The translations under genes and the position numbers were made by a program. This document shows, piece after piece, positions 35,970 to 48,654 of a stretch of 64,000 nucleotides of DNA. Each line of letters begins with the position of its first letter. Position 1 is the stretch's first letter. The stretch is taken from contig NC_043003.1 of assembly GCF_006345805.1 (NCBI RefSeq), positions 93,496,001-93,560,000 of the forward strand, written 5' to 3'. Below the pieces are notes generated by a model, which saw only the letters and a list, made by a program, of their open reading frames with translations, made no database searches and was not told the origin of the DNA. The stretch comes from Octopus sinensis. Taxonomy: Eukaryota.

Positions 35970-36752
35970 CCCTAACGCATAATCTTAAACCTAAGCCCTA
36001 ACCTGCCTCTACACTCGATCTCTAGCCCTAAACCCTATATCATAACCTTAAATCACGACTCCAGCCCTAGCCCCATTAGCTGCTGTGGGAACACATATAA
36101 GGAACAAACTTTGGTTTCTTGTACTGTTCAGAATATACGGATCTGGATAGCTAAACTCTCAAAGGGAAAAAAGAAAATCTCAGTTTTATAGAGATGTAAC
36201 CTTTTAATTAATAATCTCTCTTAAATAATTATAGCATTTTCGTAACTAGTTTGCAAGTCTGTATCTGTATAAAAATTTCCAATAACATCGGACTGCGTGC
36301 GTTTAGTGGTAAAGATTCGAATTTTTTATTGGAATTTTCCATTAATATTTATTAAGTCGAAAGGTGTGTACGGATTCTTTGCTGATATTTCTCTACGACT
36401 GTACCACAACGATAGTATTGTATATTGTTTTATGATTCGTTAAAGATGTTTGGTGACACCTTAGGGAAGTTGCCGGTGATGTTTAACGTATGTTTATTTT
36501 ATGTTTCTCTATAGTCAGCTATCTCCAGTAAAGAAGGAAACAGTCTCTAACAAATAAAAAGGATTTCATCATTGGAATTCAGACAACAATAATCTTGTAA
36601 AGTCACATGTAGAACGTTTGCGAAGTAATATGTGCATTTATAATTAGTCGCACCTACCACATACATGCATTTATCTCCCTACCTACCTGTTTATCAATCT
36701 AGCTATCAACACATAGACACATGCACACATAGACGTGTATGTATGTATGTGC

Positions 36753-36783
<31 letters not shown>

Positions 36784-38189
36784 TGTATGTATGTATGTAT
36801 GTATGTATGTATGCATGTATGTATTTCTACACACACGCGCGCAACACGTATACATAAGAGAAGAGGAAGAGAAGAGGAGAGGGGAATGAGGGAGAGTGGA
36901 GAGGTGGTTTAACAACTGTTCGTTAGATATTGTTCTCATGACTATCATTTCGATCACTCCCTTTTCCTGTTTCCGACTATATCACATACCAGGAAGACAT
37001 TGCCGAGTTACTCCCTTATATTGCTTTCGTTCCTCCAACAAATATATGCTTATTGTCCTTCACTTTCGTCATTAGCATTGGTAATCGCCACAACCTAAGT
37101 ATAATTTAATACTTATCTCGAAGGTATTTTAACAAAAACAGGTGTCACCTGAAAAATTATGTACTGTAAACTATCTTTACAATTTAAGGTTTTGTTAATA
37201 TGATATTTACCATGGTAGTTTTTTCAATCATTTTCGTTTCAATCTTCTTATAGTAAAAGAAAAAATAAATCGAAAGGGAAACTCAAAAGGTGAATCTGTT
37301 TAATACAACCATAATTCATACCCACATACACAGAAAATAGATAGGGACACTCGTGAAGGCATAAATATGTGTATTTATGTTAATATATTATAATGTATTG
37401 AGATCACGAATCACAGCTGGTCGAGTAGATTCGGTGTTGGATCATCAACCGAAAGGTCCACGTTTCGTATATCGTCACCGGATCTACGCGATGATCGTGA
37501 GAAAGAAATATAACTAACAGCCCAATGCATCTATCTGAATATAGAAAACAAAGGAATGCATTATATCAGCACGAGCAGTTAATGAATGCCGTATCAACGA
37601 TGGGTTTTGCATTAGTTTGCAGTGTAAGATACTTTAGATATAAAAAACCGAAGACGAAGTTTTTTTAAAGGTTGTGACGTAAAAGTTCAAAGTATTATGT
37701 GATACCTTCTCAGCATAGATCATAGATCTCAAGTTTCATTGTAATAAAATGCATGTGTCTGCAAATTTTCTCTCTATTTCTCTGTCACTCTCTCTTTCTC
37801 TCGCCTTCCCTCTCTCTCTTGTTATTTATATATGGCCACAGCTCATAAGCTGAAACTGGAATCAATCAATCAATCAATCAATATATATATATATAAAGTA
37901 AAATGCCCCCCCCCCCGCCGCCTTTCCCATCTCATCCTATTGATGAGAGCTCTGTTCTGTACCAATAAATCCAAGTATTGATTTTTGATCGGGGTAGGTA
38001 TATCCCTACCAAAAATATCCAGATATTGTTTTCCCATGTTGCCGTACGGAGTGGTATACCTATGAGTGGATGCGTTCAGCGCGCGATAACTATTTCATTC
38101 AGGTTACGGCTCTTATGGTTAATCGTCTTATGGTAGACATCTATTGCCGAATATTTATGCAGGGCATAAACACATACTGCATCAGGGCA

Positions 38190-38254
<65 letters not shown>

Positions 38255-38785
38255 TCATTACTACTACTACTACTAAAGCGGCGAGCTGGCAGAATCGTTA
38301 GCACGCCGAGCAAAATGTTAAACGGCATTTCGTCCGTCTTGCTATTCTGAGATCAAATTCCGCCGAAGTCGGCTTTGTCTTTCATCGTTTCAGGCTTTAT
38401 AAAATAAGAACCAGTTGCGTATTGGCGGGTGGGAGGGGTGGTGGTGATGTAATCGATTTATCCCCTCCCCCAAATTTTAGGTCTTGTGTTTATAATACAA
38501 AACATTATTATTACTATTTTAGTCAACCAGATCAATCCAGTCACGCCGTCATGCTGATGCAATGCGAAGCATTGTAAATTGAAATGATTGTAGGCAATGT
38601 TAATTGATTAAAAATTGATTTATATCCATTATATCTCTCCATTTTCTTGCTTAATAATCAATATTTGATATTTGTATAATATATTTATTGAAGAATTAAA
38701 ATCTTCATAATATGATATATTAAACCAATGTATCTTGATTAAAACTAGCCCTGTAAGAGGTTTATATATCCTCATAATGACAGAC

Positions 38786-39040
38786 GGTGGAGGCGCAATG
38801 GTTGGAGGATCGCGGTTTCGGTTCCCAGACCGGGCGTTGTGTGTGTTTATTGAGCGAAAACACCTGGGGGTGGTGGCGACCCCTGTTGTACTCTTTCGCC
38901 CCAACTTTCTCTCACTCTCTCTTCCTGTTTCTTGAGTAACGCTGCGATGGACTGGCGTCCTGTCCAGCTTGGGGTAACACATACGCCACGGGAAACCGGA
39001 CCCATGAGCCTGGCCAGGCTTAAAAAGGGCGCATTAAAAA
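38786..39040 (+). mobile_element. tRNA(Arg)-like SINE, head shared with 3514 and 11865, third tail type
   Basis: Tail GCGATGGACTGGCGTCCTGTCC...CATACGCCA..GAAACC is also seen in the SINE at 44620-44850 (-). Confidence 0.8.
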
Positions 39041-39188
39041 TGTGACAGATGACAGTGTGTGTATATATACATTTATTTTAAGCACTCATTATGGGGCTTT
39101 TACCCAAATTAAACTAAACGGATTTGTATGTATGTATGTATGTATGTATGTATGTATGTATGTATGTATGTGTGTGTGTGTGTGTGTG

Positions 39189-39254
<66 letters not shown>

Positions 39255-41037
39255 ATGCATGCATGCATGTATGCATGTATCTATGTTCATAATCTCAATA
39301 CGTTTCGGTAGATATTTTTTCTTACAAAGTATCTGTAGTCAAATTTAAAAAATAGATACATTTTTTGAGACTAGATTTTTTTTTCCTTATGATTTAAATA
39401 ATTTCAAGATGCCAATAGTTTGCTTGCCGCAGAGCAGATTAGCCTGCTTCTTTTGACACCTGAACCCAGTAATTTTACTAACCAAGTGTCATGTGTGTAA
39501 AGAAAGAAGGGTAATTAGTAAAAGTTTGATGAATCTCAAGCTACTGTTCACAGAAGTGTTAAATGTTTAATAGTTGACAAACATGAAATGGGTGTCAACC
39601 ATGAACGTTTTCTGACGAGGAAGATGTTTTTTTTTAATTTATTTTTTGGAAGTGTCTCGTAATGTCTCTCACTAGGATCGTCACTAAATCATGGAGTTTT
39701 TATTTTATTTTATTTTATTTTGCTCGAGGTTACTTCCTGAGTTTAAACTCTTTCCTTCATTCAAAATTTTCGAATACAATTTGAACCCGAGACAGAGATA
39801 AGAAATGGATTATGTGCGAGGTGAGTTGTTAAAAAGGCTTATAATTTTCAGGCTAATAGTTTCATATCAATGGAATGTACTCACATATGCACATACGTGA
39901 ATGCAAAACTAATATTTATAAGTGAGTGTATGCGAGTGTTTGCGTGCATTTGTGTGCGTGTGTGTGTTTGTGTATATGTGTGTGTGCGCGTGTTCGTATG
40001 CGTGTATGTGTGAGAGAGGGATGAGAGAGAGAGAAAGAAAGTGTGTGTGTGTTTACGCGCGTGTAATAATTTCAACGCTCTATAACGCTTTCTATCACAA
40101 TATATGAAAAAAATATCTGTCAATTGATCAAATAAGCTTGTTTAGTCTGTACTGTGCTTATGAGATCTAATAGATAGGAACATGTTCAAAGTTCTCCCTT
40201 CCCGAAAACTAACTCTGAGAAATTTATTCCAAATTTCATAAGAGACCGTAATTTCAACAAATTATTTTTAGTCCTTCTTTAACTCTGACAGAGTAATTAA
40301 GTTTTATGGTCATTCACGTAATGATGTTAATTATCCATAAAAAAATAAAATTGATATTTTCTGCTCCTGTAATACTTTTTTCAGTATTTCCTGTGGGTAC
40401 GGTTTTCATATTCAGCACTAAAAGTATTTGATTCTTGTTCTGTAAAAAGACATGTAATGAAATATGTGGAAAAAAATTAAGAAAATCTGAAAAATTACCT
40501 CTTATTAAATGTGTCACTGGGGATTTTCTCCACTTGTCTCAGCCTGAGGAGAGGTTTTTCAAAACCGAGGAGGTAAAGCCACTTTCCGTTGTTAACGATA
40601 ATAAAATTTTGAGCAGATATATCCGCTTTCAACGCTCATAAGTTTAACTTAGTTATCCAATTTCATAGCGTTGAGCTACCTACCTTGGTTCATAATACTT
40701 TTTTTTTAAAGTTATATTACATTTACAATTACATCATATTTTGATCGATTCAATTGAAATCTAGATCAGAATCCAGTACACAACGCACACATAAGCGCAG
40801 CTGATTGATGGAATCATTAACGTGTCGGACAGATTGATTTTTGGTAATCGCTCCGGCTCTCTCCGTTCCGCTTTCAAATTCCATTGAGGGCGACTTTGCT
40901 TTTTATCTTTAAGGAGTAGAAAGTTATCTTTAAGGGGTCAATAAATAAAGTACTAGACCTGTTCTAGAATAGTTTATTCTCTTTCCTTTACTCTTTCTTT
41001 CTCGTTGACTTTCTCTGATCAAGAAGAAATAGGCTGT

Positions 41038-41313
41038 TGTCAGGCCTAGAGTGGAGTAGGCTCCGCCACATCAAAAAGGAATCCGAGACACGTCGCATGT
41101 CACAATGACGCTCCTGCGACTCTAGAAGAGAGTCGAGGGGCCAAATCAAGTCAAGACAGAATATGACAAAGTACACATCCAGGGATAAGACGACCGATGA
41201 CGATTGGAAATCAACTATATGATACGCAGTGCTGACATGTGTGTGTGTGTTGTGTAAAACGTTCCTTTAGTCATTGCCTGCCACCAAGCCTGGTGTGTAG
41301 TTTCATCCTGAAC
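41038..41313 (+). mobile_element. Possible solo LTR
   Basis: TGTCAGG...CCTGAAC near-inverted termini, ~275 bp, GC-richer than the flanks. No TSD confirmed. Confidence 0.3.
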
Positions 41314-41762
41314 TTTTTATATATCTCACACTATTTCTCCTTTATTCTCTCTCTCTTTTAAGCGCAACTGAAAAAGATCAATTAGCCAACCAACCAACCA
41401 ACCAAACAACAAACCAACCAACCAACCAACCAACCAACCAACCAACCAACCAACCAACCAACCACCAACCAACCAGCCAACACAAATGTTGGTTCATTTT
41501 CCCATTCGGCTATTATAATGATATTTAGAGATTCAAAGGTGGTGACCTGACAGAATCGTTAGTGCGTCGGACAAAATGCTGATTGACATTTCATCAAGTT
41601 CTTTAGGCTCCAAATTTAAATCCCACCAAGGTCCACTTTGTTCTTCATCAATAAAATAAGTACTAGTTGAATATTGGCGTCGATATAACCAACTAGCCTC
41701 CTCTCCCAAAATTCTAGGCCTTATGCCATTGTAGAAACATTTATAAAGATATTTAGTATTTA

Positions 41763-42432
41763 CTAGACTACTCGTAACCCGTTGGGTCATCGGGAAAGTC
41801 TGAGTTTCCCAGCAACGGAGTTTTTGTTTTCGTGGGATTTTTTCTTTTCCAGGTTATTTCGCATGCTTTCAACGAATGTGATATCGAAATCACGCGTAAA
41901 CGGCTTCTTTCCCCAGAAAAGGAAAGTTTAGCTGCTGTTTCTTGCACGCCCTGATACCACCGTAACAGCTATTTCGGGTCCTTTATCGCTCATAGCTGTT
42001 ATGTGGTAGCAGGGCGTGCTGGAAATAGCAGCCAAATCTTTGGAGGTGAGATACGATAAATGCACTCGAAAGAAACGTATGGACAAAAATTATTTCACAC
42101 CGAGGTTATTTACTGTATTTTTAAAGTAATTTGCACTTTAAAATATTTTGCCCATCATAATGTGTCTAATGGAAAGGTTAGAGTTTCTTCCTTTCAGGGC
42201 TAAATTATTTTCGGAGTATTTTCCCATTATACACCATTCTGGATATTTGTACCCTAAAACCCCGAATATCTCAATAACTACTGGTCCGATTTACGCGAAA
42301 TCTGTTTTATTCCGTTTGTATTCACATTTCAGGGAAACTTTGCTTTCAAAGTATTTTCCCATTATGCGCCAGTTTGGCTGTGTAACATTGCAAATAAGCA
42401 AGCAAGATTGAACTTCATTTTTATGTATTATA
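41763..42432 (-). mobile_element. Non-autonomous Helitron
   Basis: Minus-strand 3' end CCCG-ATGACCCAA-CGGG...CTAG|T. Confidence 0.6.
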
Positions 42433-42644
42433 ACCATGTCTTCATTTTCATCCAGTCAACAGATAATGAGTTTTTTTATTGACTTGATCCTTTAATATTT
42501 GTATCTCTGGTTTTTGCTTTTTAAACTAAACTTTCCTTTTTAAGTAAGCTTTCTTAACCGAAAAACAAAATGAAACTGAAACTATATCAAATCATTTACA
42601 ATTCCTATTCTCGTTTGGATCTCTTATAAATCTCTTTCATCTAT

Positions 42645-44445
42645 TGGCACAAGGCCAGCAATTTTGGGGAAGAAGGTAAGTCAATTACATCAATTCCAGT
42701 AAACAACTGGTACTTATTTCATCGACCCCGAAAGGATGATAAGTAAAGTCTACCTTGGCGGAATTTGAACTCAGAATGTCGCGACGGACGAAATACTGTT
42801 AAGCATCTCATCCGGCGTGCTAACAATTCTTATTTCTTTATTGCCCACAAGGGGCTAAACATAGAGGGGACAAACAAGGGGATTAAGTCGATTACATCGA
42901 CCCCAGTGCGTAATTGGTACTTAATTTATCGACCCCGAAAGGATGAAAGGCAAAGTCGACCTCGGCGGAATTTGAGCTCAGAACGTAGCGGCAGACGAAA
43001 TACCTATTTCTTTATTACCCACAAGGGGCTAAACACAGAGGGGACAAACAAGGACAGACATAGGTATTAAGTCGATTACATCGACTCCAGTGCGTAACTG
43101 GTACTTAATTTATCGACCCCGAAAGGATGAAAGGCAAAGTCGATCTCGGCGGAATTTGAACTCAGAACGTAGCGGCAGACGAAATACCGCAAAGCATTTC
43201 GCCCGACGTGCTAACAATTCTGCCAGCTCGCCGCCCTCTTCTTCCATATATTGAATATCTTGTCAAGTTACTAGTCTATAGGGGGTTAGAGATGCAGTAT
43301 ATACTGCGAACTTGGGAACAGTGTTAAAGAGAAGCATATACGATGATTGGAATGCTGAGTTTATGAATAAGTTCTCGATTGAAGCGAATAGATTCCCCTT
43401 GTGGTGTAGCGGATTCTCTGTTTGGTCTCGGCAATGAGTAGTCAGTTGTTTCTACTCGAGAAATTAATATGCAGACGGCTGAGTATCCCACGAACACGTG
43501 CACCCTTATTGCAAACACTTAACAAGCTGATTCAGCATGACAGAATGAAACAAAGATCATTCTGTTCCACAGCGATTCAAAGGGCCTTTGAATTGCAAGT
43601 ATAATTCAGAGAGGAGGTGAAAGAAGAAGAAGAAGAAGAAGAAGAAGAAGAAGAAGAAGAAGAAGAAGAAGAAGAAGAAGAAGAAGAAGAAGAAGAAGAA
43701 GAAGAAGAAGAAGCGACACCAGTACTTGGCTGGTACTTTAACGAAAGGCAAATTTGTCTATGGCCAGATTTGAACACTGCGCGCAGAGAGCAGAACTGCA
43801 TACTGCAAGACATTGTATAAGAATCATTAACGATTCAGCTAAGTCACTACTTTGATAATGAGAGGGATATCAATATTAATTTCACATTTTGTCACAAGTC
43901 CAGCAATTTCCAGGGAGGGGCTAAATCGATTATATCCACCTAAGTGCTCGACCCCGACAGCCAAAGTTGACCTCGGGGTAATTTGAACTCAGAACGTAGA
44001 GACAGACGAAATGCTGCTTAGTATTTTTCCCAGTGTGATTCTGCCATAGTTCGCTGCCCTGGGGGACATTAATACTGGTTTCGCATTTTGGCACAAAACT
44101 AGAAATTTTTGTAGGGGTGGGTGGGTAAGTCCATTATATCGACCTCAGTGCTCGACTGGCACTTATTTTTTATCGACCCACAAAGGACTAAAGGCAAAGT
44201 GGACCTCGGCGGAATTAAAGGGCATTAACATTGATTTCAAATTTCGACACAAGGCCAGCAATTTCGTGGAAATCTGTAAGTCCATTACATCAGCCCCAGT
44301 ACTCAACTGGTGCTTATTTTATCAACCCCGAAAGAGATGAAATGTACGACCCCGGTGGCATTTGAACTCTGAACGTATAAGCAGAAAAAATGTCGCTAAG
44401 CATTTTGTCCGACGCGGTATCGATTCCGCTAACTCGCCGTATTGA
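42645..44445 (-). mobile_element. Arrays of SINE family M copies (42645-43235 and 43880-44445)
   Basis: Repeated GACCCCGAAAGGATGAAAGGCAAAGTCGACCTCGGCGGAATTTGAACTCAGAAC units. Confidence 0.9.
43621..43713. repeat. Pure (GAA)n tract, about 30 units
   Basis: Direct inspection. Confidence 0.97.
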
Positions 44446-44619
44446 GGGACCTTAATATTGAGAGCAAGATAGACTAAATATGATGTGGAGAAACTAAAGG
44501 TATTGATAATGCTAATATGTTGTTTAATTTTAAACCAAGCTATATATGAACAAAATCATAACTAGACTGTTCAGCCATAATAATACCGATTTAATCAGAT
44601 ATTAACAAAAAAAATGAAA

Positions 44620-44850
44620 TAAAATAAAGTTTCCTTCTCGAGTCATAAGAACTAATTTCCTGGTTTCTATGGCGTATGTATTCCCCACCGGGACGGGACG
44701 CCAGTCCATTGCAGGATTATTCATTTTTGTCAGCTGAGTGGACTGGAGCAACGTGAAATCAAGAGCACACCGCATCGCCTGGCCCAGGAATCGAAACCAC
44801 GATCTTATGATTATGAGTCCAACACCCTAACCACTAAGTCACGGATCTCC
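44620..44850 (-). mobile_element. tRNA-derived SINE with family C body and the 38950-type tail
   Basis: TAGTGGTTAGGG...GGTTTCGATTCC...TTTCACGTTGCTCCAGTCCACTCAGCTG...GCAATGGACTGGCGTCCCGTCC. Confidence 0.75.
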
Positions 44851-45505
44851 TCTTTAATCAGACACAGTCTATCAAAGAATACATTATCTAATGTCTCTCT
44901 AATTTTTTTTTAAACGATAGGGTATTATTTAAGCGAGATTTAAGGCGGTGAGCTGGCAGAATTGTCAGCTTGCCGGACAAAATACTTAACGGTGTTTCTT
45001 CCGGCTTTATTTTATGAATTCAAATTTTTTTGAGGTCGACTTTGCCTTTCATCCTTTCAGGGTCGATAAAATAAGTACTAGTCGAGCACTGGATTCAGTG
45101 TAATTGTTAACCCCTTTCCTCAAAATTTCAGACCTTGTGTCTATAAGGAGAAACAAGAAGATCGAACGTCCATGCAGAGGCCTTCATCAAGTTGCGCTAT
45201 GATACTTATGTCCTAGTTGTGACCATACCAGCTTCGATTTAGAGAAACTGTATCTGACTATATTACAGAACGTGTTTTTCGGGCCTTGTGCCTGGAGTAG
45301 AAACGATTATAGAACGTATCCTTTTATTTGAAAGACGATATGTTTCAATTTTGAGGGAAATTTCGCTGCTATTTCTAGCAGATATAGCGACTACGTGCAT
45401 CCTTAGCCCTCTACTGCCGCTTCATTGTATCGTGATCATGTTGGTATTGTTGAAAGAAACGTAATTGTCGGTGGAGGTTACGAATTCAGGTAACATTAGT
45501 GACGC

Positions 45506-45539
<34 letters not shown>

Positions 45540-45915
45540 AATCATCATCATCATCATCATCATCATGATTATCATTATCATCATCATGATTATCATCATC
45601 ATCATCATCATGATTGAGACGACGACCACGACGATGATGGTGGTGGTGGTTCGGTGATTCTGTGGTTGTCGCAGATGGTGGTGTTGATCGTGCTGGTGGC
45701 GGCGGCGTCGATTATGCAGTTCTTGCTGCTGTTGCGCTACATCTACAGCTGATGATGATGATGATGATGGTGATGGTGATGATGAAGATGAGGATTACGC
45801 TCGTGGTGGTAGCGGCGGCGGCAGTGGCGGCGGCGGCAGTGGAGGTGGTGATGGTGATGGTGGCGGTGGTGTTGTTGTTGTTGGTGATGATGGTAATAAT
45901 GACGACGACGACGAC

Positions 45916-45949
<34 letters not shown>

Positions 45950-46499
45950 GATGATGATGATGATGTTGATGATGATGATGATGATGATGCAAGAAGATAA
46001 CGAGAGCAACTAGTTTGTGGGAGGTATGTTCGAGTGGTGACATTCGCCTGATCACTCTGTGTGAGGTCTGCCACCCAGCCAGCCGATCATCAAAACCCCA
46101 CCTACAAATCTACCTCCTTACCAACCCCACGTGCACAAATACTCCACCCCTCACACACCCTACACCACTTTCTCTGTCTGTCTGTCTGTCTGCCTGTCTG
46201 TCTGTCTGTCTGGCGGTCTGTCTGTCTGTCTGATTGACTTTCTGTCTTTTCTCATTCTATCAGGCAGATTCTGTTTCTCTCTACCCCTTCCCTACTCTCT
46301 GTTCCTCTCTCGAACTCTCCTCTTTCTCCTTATATATATATACATACATATATATATATATTATATATATATATATATATATAATATATATATATATACA
46401 TACATATATATATATATCCATACACACATATATGTATGTATATATATATATGTGTGTATGTGTGCGCGCGCTTGTGTGTATGTTTGCGTATTTATGTTT

Positions 46500-46565
<66 letters not shown>

Positions 46566-46680
46566 GCATACATATATCACATAACATAACACACAGATGT
46601 ATATATGAATCTACAGAGAGGGAGCAGAAGAGAGATTGATAAATAGATATTATACATATTCATATCATACACAGATATTC

Positions 46681-46752
<72 letters not shown>

Positions 46753-47016
46753 GATATATTTGTAAACATGCACGTATAGAAATGGAAAGACTAAGAGACG
46801 AAATGACAGATGTGCTTCTCGTACAGGATGCTTGTGAGGAGGTGATGGTTTCTCTCTATTATCTATAGAATAAGGGAGAGAGAGAGAGAGAGAGAGAAAA
46901 AAAAGGTATTTTAGCTCTCTCCCTCTCCCTAAACACCCACCCCCATATACATACATACATACATATGCATACATATACATACATATACATATATATATAT
47001 ATATATACACACACAC

Positions 47017-47060
<44 letters not shown>

Positions 47061-47145
47061 GTATATATATATATGTGTGTGTATATATATATATTATATA
47101 TATATATATATATGTATAATATATGTGTGTATATATATATGTATA

Positions 47146-47191
<46 letters not shown>

Positions 47192-47297
47192 GTATATATA
47201 TATGTATATATATATATGTGTGTAATATATATATATAATATATATATGTATATATAGTATATATATATGTATATATATATGTGTATATATATATATA

Positions 47298-47350
<53 letters not shown>

Positions 47351-48239
47351 ACAGAGAGAAAGAAGAAGGTAGGGAGAGTAATGGGGTGAGTGAGAGAACG
47401 TGATAAATGAAACATAGTTAGAAGCATTGGCGTTGGTGGAGATGATGCGTGGCCGTAAAGGTAGCGGCGACCGCGGTGACTGTGACGAATATATGGCAGA
47501 AACGTTAGCGCGCCGGACGAAATACTGAGCGGTATTTCGTCTGCCGCTACGTTCTGAGTTCAAATTCCGCCGAGGTTGACTTTCATCCTTTCGGAGTCGA
47601 TAAATTAAGTACCAGTTACTCACTGGAGTCGATTACATCGACTTAATACCTATATCTGTCCTTGTTTGTCCCCTCTATGTTTAGCCCCTTGTGGGCAATA
47701 AAGAAATAGGTAAAGATAATCTTGGCGATGATGGTAGGGTGGGTAGGGGTATTGATATGTAGCGCGTTGATTCGATGGTGGTGGTGGTGGTGGTGGTGGT
47801 GATGGTATTGTCTGTCCTTGTTTGTCCCCTCTGTGTTTAGCCCCTTGTGGGTAATAAAGAAATAGGTATCGTTTGTAATTACGTTGTTGATGTTGCAGTT
47901 GCTGCTGTTCTTTTTTATAGTGAAGAAGGAGGCAGCGGGGGAAGCTTTGGTGGCGGCAGAGACAGCAGTGGTGTTAGAAGTGGTGGTGGTGATGGTGGTG
48001 GTGATGGTGGTGTGATGGTGGTGGTGTTGGTGGTAGCTGTTGCGATTAATTTTGTGATTGTGGTGATAGTGCTGGTTTGTAGAGAAAGGTATATTGACAA
48101 CAAAAGGTGCAGATGAATGCCAGTTTGCCGATATTAGAGTGGCGACGAAAATGTGCCATTTCTGAAATAGTGGAATCTAATATAATTTCGACAGTATTGG
48201 CGGTGGCTGCAGCAGTATAACACAACGGTAGTGTAATAA

Positions 48240-48325
48240 CAAAGATATCAGCTCCGTAGTGTCGGTGGTGCTTATATAGCTGATCGCTGATCGCAGGGCG
48301 CTGGGCGCTGTGCAATTTCGTGCTG
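48240..48325 (-). promoter_or_regulatory. Possible TATA-box promoter in a CpG-rich patch
   Basis: Minus strand CAGCGCCCAGCGCCCTGCGATCAGCGATCAGC-TATATAA-GCACC; non-repetitive and CpG-rich. Confidence 0.3.
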
Positions 48326-48654
48326 TATACGTATACTGTGATGTGATGCAGAGTATATGAGAGAGAGATAGATATGGTATGATATATTATATGCTGTGGT
48401 GCAGTGTTCTAAGTGAAAAAAGACATTGATTTTTGGTCCTTAGGAAATTTGGGATCTGTAGAGTTGGTTTCCTAGGTTTGGATCTTAGATAGCTGTTGCT
48501 ACACTTTCAATGAACATAAGTTTACATTTCATTTCATTTATAATTTCTCAATTCGTCATCGTATCATATCTCATTCAACGACCCCGGGGCACTAAAGAAA
48601 CACTACTACTACTGCAACTAATAGCATCTAATACAACTAATAAGAATGGCTTCA

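Noticed and set aside
35990-36075. True telomere or chromosome-fusion site
   Set aside because: Short, highly degenerate and in a single orientation.
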